From an uncultured archaeon (GTDB lineage: Archaea > Asgardarchaeota > Hermodarchaeia > Hermodarchaeales > Hermodarchaeaceae): DNA of 35,479 bases. Below, piece by piece: positions 27,363 to 35,479 of this stretch. Below the pieces are notes generated by a model. The model was given only the letters and a program-made list of their open reading frames with translations. It did not search any database and was not told where the DNA came from. Location of the stretch: the NCBI GenBank assembly GCA_964347045.1, contig CAYFXC010000012.1, positions 43,431-78,909 of the forward strand, read 5' to 3'. A program made the translations under genes and the position numbers. Position 1 is the first letter of the stretch. Every line of letters starts with the position of its first letter.

Positions 27363-28460
27363 ATGGTCCGTGTAATTGGTATTGATCCTGGAACGAGATC
27401 TTTTGATTTTTGTGGGTTAGAAGATGGAGAAGTATTTTTACAGACATCAATTACTAGCGTCGAAGTAGCTGAAAATCCTCAAAGCATACTCGATGTAATC
27501 ATAAAGGCAGGAACTATCGATTTAGTGGCTGGACCATCAGGTTATGGGCTTCCCCTTCTTCCAGCTTCAAAGGTCACAGAAAAAGAATTTTTTCAACTGG
27601 TGCTTGTTCGTCATGATGATGATAAAATTCCCGTTCTTGAAGCAATCAAGGACATGGTGCGATTGGTTCAAAAAACTGAAATTAACATGATATTTATCCC
27701 AGGTGTAATTCACCTTCATTCAGTTCCTGCATGGCGGAAACATAACCGCATTGATCTTGGTACGGCTGACAAACTCTGTTGTGCAATTTTGGGCGTCTAT
27801 GATCAAGCTCACCGATTAAAAATCCCCATTAAGGATACAGCTTTTATTTTAGTTGAATTGGGCTATGGATACCCAGCTGCTGTCGCCGTTCAAAATGGAT
27901 TGGTTGTTGATGGAGTTGGAGGTACCATTGGTGGCCCTGGATTTTTAACGCTTGGAGGAATGGATGGTGAACTCGCCTATCTCCTTCGTGGTTTCTCCAA
28001 AGGAACCTTATTCCAAGGAGGAGTCTTATCAACTTTGGATGATCCAACACTGAGTCCTGAAACATTCGCACAGCTTCTTGAAGATGGCGAGAAGCAGGCT
28101 CAGGAAGCATGGAATGCTGTTGCTGAAGGACTTACCAAATCCGTTTCAGCCCTCACCATTTCAGTAAAACAACCCAAAGAAATACTTCTCTCCGGTAGAT
28201 TAACTCGCGTTCCCTTTCTTGTTGAGGATTTAGCCCAAAGAATGAAGCAATTTGGAATTCCAGTGTCACAAGTGCAACGATTGGGAGAAAAATCAAAAGA
28301 AGCAGCGCAAGGTGCGGCTCTGTTTGCTGAAGGATTAGCAGGGGGTCCTTCAGCTTCCCTAATCGAGACAATGCGGCTTAAAGAGTGCAGTGGTACTGTT
28401 TTAGATTGGATAACCCTCCCTCAAGCGAAAGAAATTCGTGACATGTACAAGGAAGCTTAA
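27363..28460 (+). CDS. DUF1464 family protein (ASKHA/butyrate-kinase-like fold)
   Basis: IGIDPGTRSFD phosphate-1 loop, GPSGYGLP, HNRIDLGTADK, DGELAY and KEAAQGAA..GLAGG. Confidence 0.85.
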   Translation: MVRVIGIDPGTRSFDFCGLEDGEVFLQTSITSVEVAENPQSILDVIIKAGTIDLVAGPSGYGLPLLPASKVTEKEFFQLVLVRHDDDKIPVLEAIKDMVRLVQKTEINMIFIPGVIHLHSVPAWRKHNRIDLGTADKLCCAILGVYDQAHRLKIPIKDTAFILVELGYGYPAAVAVQNGLVVDGVGGTIGGPGFLTLGGMDGELAYLLRGFSKGTLFQGGVLSTLDDPTLSPETFAQLLEDGEKQAQEAWNAVAEGLTKSVSALTISVKQPKEILLSGRLTRVPFLVEDLAQRMKQFGIPVSQVQRLGEKSKEAAQGAALFAEGLAGGPSASLIETMRLKECSGTVLDWITLPQAKEIRDMYKEA

Positions 28461-29443
28461 TCCGTTATGATTTTAGCGCCTTGATTATTAACCTTCGAAA
28501 TGAATACAGGACCTTCATTACTTGAGTCCATGACTTCAATAACTGCTTTCTTCACTCTCATGGCAGCTTTTTTTCCGCGAATAAGCCCATAGCAGGTAGG
28601 CCCCCAAGAGCTTTGACCCGCCCCTGTCGCACCAGCAGCAAGCATCGCGTTTACACATTTCGTGACCTCATCGGAAGCAAATCGCCCTCCTTGTGCTGTT
28701 GCAAACGCATCACCAACTAGAATTTGAATGCGCGTCAAAGCATCTCCAAACTGTTCAATATCATCTTCGATAATTGCCGGAATAAGTTTCATTACAAGCA
28801 ACCGACTAGCCTTCCGGGCAGAGTCAGGTTTTCCAGGGGGAAGTTCTTGAAATGCTCTTTCCTCAGGAACACCACTCAAACCTTGAGCGGTGCCTGGAAT
28901 AGCTATCACAAAAAACCAATCGTTTGGAATATCATGGCGCATGATAAGTGGTGGAACCACACCAATATCTTCCTTTAATTTCTCTGTTAGCTTTCCACCG
29001 TCTACTACAAATCCACCTGAAGAAAAAGTTGCAGTTCCCACTCCGGAAACAATCCCCCGCTTTAAGATTCTAGCCAGATCTCTTGAGGTGATCTCTATTC
29101 CAATAAGTTTAGAAATTCCTGTTCCAATAGCTAATCCTAGTTGAGTACCTGAGCCCAATCCAACATGTGGAGGGATAGATTCCCACACAGAAATTTGTAG
29201 TCCCCGCGAAAATTGAAAATACTCAATAAGCCGTTCCGAAATTGAAGTTACACGGTCCTTTTGTTCTCCAGAAATCATCAACCCCGCATTTCGGGAATTA
29301 ATTTCGACAACGCATACTGGTTGTTGAAGTGAAACACCTAAAGACCCGTAAATACGCCCCAAACCTCCATGTAAATCAATGAACCCCAAATGAAGACGAG
29401 CGCTCGCTCGAACCGTTACTTTTGTGAATTCAGGTTTTGTCAT
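28457..29443 (-). CDS. mptG: beta-ribofuranosylaminobenzene 5'-phosphate (RFAP) synthase
   Basis: RLHLGFIDL, GHMP-type P.HVGLGSGTQL, GGFVVDGG and GQSSWGPT. Confidence 0.88.
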   Translation of the reverse strand: MTKPEFTKVTVRASARLHLGFIDLHGGLGRIYGSLGVSLQQPVCVVEINSRNAGLMISGEQKDRVTSISERLIEYFQFSRGLQISVWESIPPHVGLGSGTQLGLAIGTGISKLIGIEITSRDLARILKRGIVSGVGTATFSSGGFVVDGGKLTEKLKEDIGVVPPLIMRHDIPNDWFFVIAIPGTAQGLSGVPEERAFQELPPGKPDSARKASRLLVMKLIPAIIEDDIEQFGDALTRIQILVGDAFATAQGGRFASDEVTKCVNAMLAAGATGAGQSSWGPTCYGLIRGKKAAMRVKKAVIEVMDSSNEGPVFISKVNNQGAKIITD

Positions 29444-29448
29444 GAGAT

Positions 29449-30099
29449 TCACTTAATCCATTTTGGGAGGAGTGATTCTATCCGATGAATTATTTCAGCA
29501 GAAGGGGAATTGGGAGCGATTCGTTCAACAAAATCGTGAAGTTCATCGATTTGGTGTGTTAATCGTTTCACTGTGCTAGGATCAGTTTGATATAATGCTC
29601 GAATTTTGGTAGCATGAATCACACATTCGATAGCCGCACTCCGAGCTCGAGAATGAACTAGGGGAAAAGATGATGCTACTTCTATGTGCTGTACACTTAA
29701 CACGAATTCTTTAAATGGAGCTTCAAGCTCTGTTACATTTTTGCGATTTGCAACAACTTCAACAAACCCAGAAGCCCCTTTGATACGTGGTGCCTGCACT
29801 GTTTTTGCTGATTCGAAGACAACCTGTTTAGATTGTGGGAGTTCGTCTTTAAACGCGAGAATTAGAAACAATTGTGGGTTCTGGGATAGATTGAGGACCG
29901 CTTCTCCTTTATTCTCAATGTTATGCGCGGTCAAGGTATCTTGATAGGGCCGAATGCTTAACCCTAGTTCTTGGTCAACCCAAACACCCATTGGAGCTGC
30001 ATTCGGCACTCCATCGTCAGAAAAGGTTGATAGAATGACTTCAACTACATCGCCTTCGACGAACCCAATCTGTGATAGAGTTGTAAAGAAATCTGAGAT
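29449..30099 (-). CDS. DUF447 family protein (split-barrel, flavin-reductase-like); probable ATC start
   Basis: The family-type motif EVILSTFSDDGVPNAAPMG begins upstream of GTG 30009. The frame is open to a TAA near 30117 with no ATG/GTG/TTG. GAGGTG RBS at 30113-30108 lies 8 nt before ATC 30099. Also RARSAAIECVIHATK. Confidence 0.78.
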   Translation of the reverse strand: MSDFFTTLSQIGFVEGDVVEVILSTFSDDGVPNAAPMGVWVDQELGLSIRPYQDTLTAHNIENKGEAVLNLSQNPQLFLILAFKDELPQSKQVVFESAKTVQAPRIKGASGFVEVVANRKNVTELEAPFKEFVLSVQHIEVASSFPLVHSRARSAAIECVIHATKIRALYQTDPSTVKRLTHQIDELHDFVERIAPNSPSAEIIHRIESLLPKWIK

Positions 30100-30215
30100 G
30101 CGAACACCACCTCGAAATTACTTCTGTGTACAACCGCGGTATATCTAACCTTAATGTCTTTTCTTACTGAGACCCCAATATTCATTTGAAGAGCAACAAA
30201 CAGGAAAAGTTAAAA

Positions 30216-30572
30216 CTAGCTTCGAGAGAGCATTGGGTTTTCGATTGGCCACCCGATTGCACCTAGTGCATGTCGGGCAAGATCACGAATAACTTCCCAA
30301 GCCGCATCTGTCCGCAAAGTCTCTTCTAACCAGAATCGAGAATTTTCCGGACCACTCATCTCATCAAGCTTCCGATTCAAATCTTCTAATAATTTCCTTG
30401 CCTTCGCAGTGAACAAGGAATGACGCCGTTTCATGACTTGGTACCATTGATCAAATTCGATTGCCAACTCATCAACCTTCCAATCATAATCTGGGAAGAG
30501 TTGAAGTTGAACTTCAGCTGGTGCAGCCAGTGCTTGAAGAGACCATCTAAAGCGTGTCATCGAATAATCCAC
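30216..30572 (-). CDS. Small helical hypothetical protein, possibly immunity-protein-like
   Basis: GGAGGT RBS 7 nt before GTG 30572. Trp/acidic pattern LQALAA..QL..FP..DELA.EF..LDEMS..W..E.L....W..IR.LA. Confidence 0.65.
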   Translation of the reverse strand: MDYSMTRFRWSLQALAAPAEVQLQLFPDYDWKVDELAIEFDQWYQVMKRRHSLFTAKARKLLEDLNRKLDEMSGPENSRFWLEETLRTDAAWEVIRDLARHALGAIGWPIENPMLSRS

Positions 30573-30877
30573 AGAACCTACCTCCAACGTCGCATGAAAG
30601 GTGAGTGGATGAACAACATTTGACCCGATGTATCGTCCGAAAGGAACTCCACCCTCAAAATGCGATTCTTCCTTATTATCATAGCGGTGACAAAACTGTC
30701 GCCCATTTATTAAAAAAGTGCAAAAAACACGTTAAAGGCCTGAAATTACTTTGGAACTCGCTAGACCTTTTTATTCCTAACTTCAAGTGTAATTTTTCTA
30801 GACACTATTATTGAAATCTTTAATTCAGTAAAAGATATAGGGAAATCCCTTACCTCTGAGTGTGGAGTCAAAAACCC

Positions 30878-31834
30878 ATGTCTCATCGAGATGTACACAT
30901 GGACACACCCGATGTACCAGTTTCAGTTCGTCGTGTCGGTGTTACCGGTATACGAGTTCCAATCCAGTTCATCTTTTTTGAAGAACAACCAGCTATTGTA
31001 GTTCCTACTTTTGATGTCTTTGTGGATCTACCTGCATATCAAAAGGGGATCCACCCATCACGCAGTTATGAAGCTACAGTAGAAATCGTGAGCCAACACG
31101 CGGAAAAACTACACCGGCTCGAGGATCTCTGTGGCGATATCGCTCAAGAACAATTAAAACGTCATGATTATGCAACAGAAGCTGAAGTACATGCTGCAGC
31201 TGACGTAGTATATGCTCGAATGACCCCCGAAACTAATATCCGAACCTATGAGTCCTGCACAATGAAAGCCAAGGCTATAGCAATACGCGGGGAAAACAGC
31301 AAAATTACTTTTCGTAAATGGATTGGTGTCACTGTGTCTGGTATCACTACCTGTCCATGTGCTCAAGAGATGCTTCGTGATGATGTTGAGTCGGAGTTAA
31401 AAACAAAACTTAGCATTGAAGAAAGTCAGGCGCAAAAAATTGCCAATGCAATACCTATTGGTAGTCATATGCAAAGGAGCTACGGTTCCATAATGGTAGA
31501 AATTCCTACAAAATACAAAGTTGATGCGTTACAATTAGTTGGAATTGTAGAGAAAGCAATGAGTTCAAGCTCATTTGAATTATTAAAAAGACCTGACGAA
31601 GCTCGTGTTGTTCAAACAGCATTGGAAAATCCAAAATTTGTTGAAGATGCCATCCGACAATCAGTGAAAAACGCTGTTGAGGCTTTTCCGACGCTCCCAG
31701 ATGAAATGGAATTATCTTTTGAACAACGTAACGAGGAATGTATTCACCATCATGATCTTGTTGCACAAGAAACCCTAACAATGGGAGAAGCCAGACTTCA
31801 AATTAATGAAAACAGTAACCACAAGACCTCGTAG
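30878..31834 (+). CDS. mptA: GTP cyclohydrolase IV (MptA/FolE2 family)
   Basis: RVGVTG, VDLP..QKGIHPSR, TTCPCAQ, HMQR, LLKRPDE, NPKFVED and ExIHxHD. Context with mptE. Confidence 0.9.
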   Translation: MSHRDVHMDTPDVPVSVRRVGVTGIRVPIQFIFFEEQPAIVVPTFDVFVDLPAYQKGIHPSRSYEATVEIVSQHAEKLHRLEDLCGDIAQEQLKRHDYATEAEVHAAADVVYARMTPETNIRTYESCTMKAKAIAIRGENSKITFRKWIGVTVSGITTCPCAQEMLRDDVESELKTKLSIEESQAQKIANAIPIGSHMQRSYGSIMVEIPTKYKVDALQLVGIVEKAMSSSSFELLKRPDEARVVQTALENPKFVEDAIRQSVKNAVEAFPTLPDEMELSFEQRNEECIHHHDLVAQETLTMGEARLQINENSNHKTS

Positions 31835-31881
31835 GGAACAAACTTTTGGGCTATCCATTCCATCAAGATGTGGTGTTCGAT

Positions 31882-32673
31882 TTGAGCCCCTTAAACTTGA
31901 AAGACTGGTGGCCACGATATGATGCAATCGTTGACCAATTTGGCTATGATATGAAAACTGACCAAGATGCGGCAGATCTGCTAAGCGGTTTTATCATGAA
32001 TGCAGCAATGCCCCTTGAAAAGGCTCAAGAAAAAGTTGAAGGCAAAAATGTCCTAGTTTGTGGTGCGGGACCATCAATTCTTGAGAACCTAATTGCCATC
32101 AAAGATTATGGACTTTTAGATGAAGCGCTTGTCTTCAGTGCTGATGGGGCAACAACAGCTTGTTTGGAAACTGAGATCGTGCCCAATTTTATCTTTACTG
32201 ATCTAGATGGAACTATGGAAGACATCGTTACGGCACAGAAACAAGGGGCAATAGTTGTCGTCCATGCTCATGGTGATAATATTCCTAGCCTAAAAACTTG
32301 GATTCCTCGATTGCTCGAGGGACGAGCGATGATTGGATCCACACAGATTCGTCCTTGTCCGGATGTGCATAACCTGGGAGGATTCACTGATGGTGATCGT
32401 TGCGTTTTTTGGGCAGACGGTCTTCGAGCAGCCAAAATTGGATTAATTGGAATGGATTTGGGAAATATGATAGGACGCTACTCGAAACCGGAACTGACCC
32501 ATGATGTAATAGCGAGTCCCTTGAAACGGCAAAAGCTATTGGTTGCTAAGGAACTATTATCCTGGTTGGCAAGTTGGAGTGTTAGCACACTCTTCAACTT
32601 AACAGGAATCTATACTGACATTCCCGGTATTCCCTATCGAGAAATCACTAAGTTTACATGGGATACAGGATAG
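31882..32673 (+). CDS. mptE: 6-hydroxymethyl-7,8-dihydropterin pyrophosphokinase (archaeal MptE, DUF115)
   Basis: CGAGPS, SADGA, TDLDG, VHAHGDN, GGFTDGDR and KRQKL. Start uncertain (31846-31882). Confidence 0.9.
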   Translation: MSPLNLKDWWPRYDAIVDQFGYDMKTDQDAADLLSGFIMNAAMPLEKAQEKVEGKNVLVCGAGPSILENLIAIKDYGLLDEALVFSADGATTACLETEIVPNFIFTDLDGTMEDIVTAQKQGAIVVVHAHGDNIPSLKTWIPRLLEGRAMIGSTQIRPCPDVHNLGGFTDGDRCVFWADGLRAAKIGLIGMDLGNMIGRYSKPELTHDVIASPLKRQKLLVAKELLSWLASWSVSTLFNLTGIYTDIPGIPYREITKFTWDTG

Positions 32674-32706
32674 CAATTACCAGTTCAATTAGGAGATTCA
32701 AAAGTC

Positions 32707-34308
32707 ATGAAAATTTTACTAGTCACCGGAACCCTAGCAAAACCCCATCTGCGACAAATTATTGCAGATAATCCATCACCACACACATTTGATATTCTTG
32801 AATTGCCATTGGCCGTGGCGGCTTTTCTTCACCCCAAATATGTAGCTTCACAAATCAAACTCCGTGGAACTTTAAAAAAATACAATCTCATACTTCTTCC
32901 TGGTTTGGTATCTGGTGATACAAGCATTGTCAAAGAGAGTACAGGGATTCCTACATTCAAAGGAACACGCCATGCAGCAGATCTACCCCTGCTTTTCGAT
33001 ATATTATTCGATGCCGAAAATCAACTTTCCACAACAAAAGCGGCAGATTTTGTTTTAGCTGAACAACTTACTAAGAAAGCTCAACGCGATTTAGCTAAAG
33101 GTGAAAAATTACTCAAAGGTCAGATGCCTGAAGGTTACCTCAAACTAGGTAGAGGAAGTAATAGCCTTATTATCGGACCACGTCTACCAATGCGTATTAT
33201 TGCTGAAATCACAGATGCCCCTCTCAAATCAGAAGAGGAACTCCTTCGCCATGCGCGCCATTTTGTATCAAGCGGCGCGAATATAATCGATATTGGTATG
33301 GTAGCAGAATCTCCGGATCCAAAGGCGGCAAAAGATATTGTTAAGTTGATGCGGAAACATCTGTCTGTTTTTGTGAGTATTGATTCATTCAACGCAAAAG
33401 AAATTGAATCAGGGCTTGATGGAGGAGCGCATCTCGTGTTGAGTCTGGACCAAGATAACATGATGGATCTTGGAAAGAAACATCGTAACCGCGCGATTTT
33501 CACGGTTATCCCAGCTATTCAGCAAGGAGAAGAAATTCCGAAAACCGTTGAAGACCGTGTGCAACTGCTTATAGACAATCTTTCCAATGCTCGCAGCTTG
33601 GGATATAGGAGACTGATTGCTGATCCCCTTTGTGACCCTCTGATAAACCCAGGGTTAACAAAAGCCCTACAAGCCTATGCCGAATTTGGGAAAAAACAAC
33701 CCCATACACCTATGCTTATGGGTGTCGGAAATATCACTGAACTCTTGGATGCGGATAGCCCTGGAGCCAACGCGGTTCTTGCTGGCATTGCTACAGAACT
33801 CGGCGTTTCTTTGTTACTAACAACCGAAGTAAGCCCGAAAACCAAAGGGTCCGTTTGGGAAACCCTTCGCGCGGCTCAAATGATGCACCTTTCAAGGCGA
33901 CGCCGGGCACACCCCAAGGACTTAGGAATTGACCTCCTGCTGTTGAAACCCAAACGCTTTCCTGAACAACCCCTTGAACCTGTTCTGGAAGCTGAATACC
34001 CTTCCGTTGATGTGTCTCACGAAGTAACTTTCTCTCAATTAGATAGAGTAGGATTCTTTACATTTCATCTGGATCGAGACCGTTACTTATTGATTGCCCG
34101 ACATTATTCCGTTACAAATCGTGATGTACCAACGATTGAATTTCACGGCCCCACGGCTCAACATATTATTAACGCTATTTTGTCTCGTGAACTAGTCAGT
34201 CAATTCGAGCATGCAGCCTATATAAGCCGTGAATTGACAAAGGCAGAGATTGCTCTGATAACTGGTAGACCATATATCCAAGAGGCCGCTCTTTTTAAAT
34301 TCGGATGA
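32707..34308 (+). CDS. Dihydropteroate synthase-like protein (MJ0107/Orf20-like: N-terminal domain + pterin-binding barrel + DUF4346)
   Basis: KILLVTG.LA, IIAEI.DAP, GANIIDIG, SIDS, IADP, GVGNITELLDADS.G.N, TTEVS.K, PKDLGIDLL and HAAY..RELTKAEIAL..GR.YIQE. Confidence 0.88.
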   Translation: MKILLVTGTLAKPHLRQIIADNPSPHTFDILELPLAVAAFLHPKYVASQIKLRGTLKKYNLILLPGLVSGDTSIVKESTGIPTFKGTRHAADLPLLFDILFDAENQLSTTKAADFVLAEQLTKKAQRDLAKGEKLLKGQMPEGYLKLGRGSNSLIIGPRLPMRIIAEITDAPLKSEEELLRHARHFVSSGANIIDIGMVAESPDPKAAKDIVKLMRKHLSVFVSIDSFNAKEIESGLDGGAHLVLSLDQDNMMDLGKKHRNRAIFTVIPAIQQGEEIPKTVEDRVQLLIDNLSNARSLGYRRLIADPLCDPLINPGLTKALQAYAEFGKKQPHTPMLMGVGNITELLDADSPGANAVLAGIATELGVSLLLTTEVSPKTKGSVWETLRAAQMMHLSRRRRAHPKDLGIDLLLLKPKRFPEQPLEPVLEAEYPSVDVSHEVTFSQLDRVGFFTFHLDRDRYLLIARHYSVTNRDVPTIEFHGPTAQHIINAILSRELVSQFEHAAYISRELTKAEIALITGRPYIQEAALFKFG

Positions 34309-34320
34309 TTTCGCTCACTC

Positions 34321-34356
34321 AAAAAAAGTGAAGGGGGAAGCGGGATTACCGCTTCC
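34321..34356. terminator. Hairpin between convergent genes, with a T7 tract on the minus strand
   Basis: Perfect 8-bp stem GGAAGCGG-GATTA-CCGCTTCC (34336-34356) with the minus-strand stop codon in its loop. A7 at 34321-34327. Confidence 0.55.
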
Positions 34357-35479
34357 TTCGTCGATAAAGAATGCCAAAGGATAATGCAACTATGACACCA
34401 AGTGCGATAGCGGTAACTGGGAAACCAGGAATCGGTGGTGGAGGTGGTAAACCACCGGTAATGGTGATGTCTTCCACATTGCTCCATGGACCGCGTGCGC
34501 CATCATCGTCAACCGCGCGGACGCGGAAGAAGAAGTCACCCGATGTGGGGGCACTGACATTATAACTTGTGACAGTCGAAGTATACGTTGCTAAAATGAT
34601 TGTAAAGCCCGCATTATTCGAACTTTGGAGTTCATAGTGGTCCACAGTTCCATCAGGATCCGTGCTCGCAGACCAAGTGATAGGAATATCTCCGGCAAGA
34701 GCACTAACACCAGGATCATTTAGAACCGGAGCTGATGGAGGTTGTGTATGGAGGTAGTCAATAGAAATGTTGTAGAGACGAGTACTTGCATCACGACGAC
34801 TAGTCCCAAGGATGGCCTTCCAACGCAGATCAGATCCCTGATGCGTAAACACGTGTGCAACACCAGGTGTGGCAGCTTCCCAATCTGCTCCTCCGTTAGC
34901 TGACAGCTCCCACGTAATCGAGGTGCCCGTAGGAATATCAGCCGTCAGTGTGAGTGTGGCTTCGACGATGACTTCACCAGTTGAATCCACTTCCAATGAT
35001 TGGGCTATCGAAGGGCCGGTAGTATAGGTGCCAGCGATGCTTTCAAAGAATTGAAGGATTTCAAGAGACCCACGACTGGCAACATACACGTAATCCCCGT
35101 GGGTGATAAGCTGAGTCGCTCGGGAACCTGCGGTGGCGGTTCGAATGATATTCATTGCGATAATATCAGTGGCATTGTATATGGCAATCCCGGCGGTGTT
35201 GTTGGCGACGAACATATAGGGTCCAAAGCCCCAAACACCGAGTGGTTTGCCATATGACGCGAAGGTGACATCTGACCAAAAGATGTTCCAAGGATTTGTT
35301 ACATTCCAAATTGGGACATTATCGCTTTCAGTGATATAAGCTACATCTCCATCAACATAGATACTGGTATGATCCTCGACCATACTCGAAGAATCCATGA
35401 GTTGGATATTTGACAAATCGGTTAGGTCAAAGACAGCAACGTTCGGATCAAGTGCAGTTGTGTTGGATACAGCATACAG
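34346..35479 (-). CDS. Cell-surface protein (LVIVD-like beta-propeller repeats, FN3-like domain, PGF-CTERM-like anchor), 5'-truncated by the window edge
   Basis: The frame is open to the window end (LYAVSNTTALDPNVAVFDLTDLSNI). Repeats of the YVDGDVAYIT / THGDYVYVA type, FN3-like ITWSASTDPDG..YELQ..FFRVRAVD..GPWS, and C-terminal PPPPP-IPGF-TM-RRRKR. Confidence 0.88.
   Translation of the reverse strand: MYAVSNTTALDPNVAVFDLTDLSNIQLMDSSSMVEDHTSIYVDGDVAYITESDNVPIWNVTNPWNIFWSDVTFASYGKPLGVWGFGPYMFVANNTAGIAIYNATDIIAMNIIRTATAGSRATQLITHGDYVYVASRGSLEILQFFESIAGTYTTGPSIAQSLEVDSTGEVIVEATLTLTADIPTGTSITWELSANGGADWEAATPGVAHVFTHQGSDLRWKAILGTSRRDASTRLYNISIDYLHTQPPSAPVLNDPGVSALAGDIPITWSASTDPDGTVDHYELQSSNNAGFTIILATYTSTVTSYNVSAPTSGDFFFRVRAVDDDGARGPWSNVEDITITGGLPPPPPIPGFPVTAIALGVIVALSFGILYRRRKR

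Noticed and set aside
30605-30814. 69-aa ORF in the divergent promoter region before mptA
   Set aside because: Runs through A/T-rich promoter-like sequence and has no recognisable pattern; cannot be supported, although a small protein is not excluded.
1-35479. CRISPR arrays, tRNA/rRNA genes, transposases, integrases or known defence systems
   Set aside because: No periodic repeats, cloverleaf/T-loop motifs or corresponding protein motifs were seen by eye; a tRNAscan/Infernal run would be needed for full exclusion.

Overview
Gene-dense archaeal chromosome segment. It is most likely from an Asgard archaeon (inference from a Roadblock/LC7 gene, a CxxC..HG..H zinc domain, an IPGF-type C-terminal sorting signal, Mer/methanopterin genes, and GGAGG/GGTGA ribosome-binding sites). 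Contents: (i) C1/Wood-Ljungdahl accessory genes (CooC-like ATPase, DUF362, mer, DUF3786); (ii) most of de novo pyrimidine synthesis (pyrG, dCMP deaminase, pyrD-pyrC-pyrK, pyrB-pyrI and a fused OMPDC-OPRT; no carAB in the window); (iii) a methanopterin biosynthesis cluster (mptG, mptA, mptE, DHPS-like) containing three orphan enzymes (ATP-grasp, DUF1464, DUF447); (iv) less explained modules: a Zn-domain/wHTH + MinD/ParA + 830-aa helical-repeat triad, a PadR-Zn-ribbon + HAAS membrane sensor pair with visible operator palindromes, two tandem stand-alone 7TM paralogs, and an exo/archaeosortase together with a candidate PGF-CTERM substrate. Two genes appear to need near-cognate start codons (CTG, ATC). 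No rRNA, tRNA, CRISPR array or mobile element was recognised. All family assignments come from motif recognition by eye; no database search was run.
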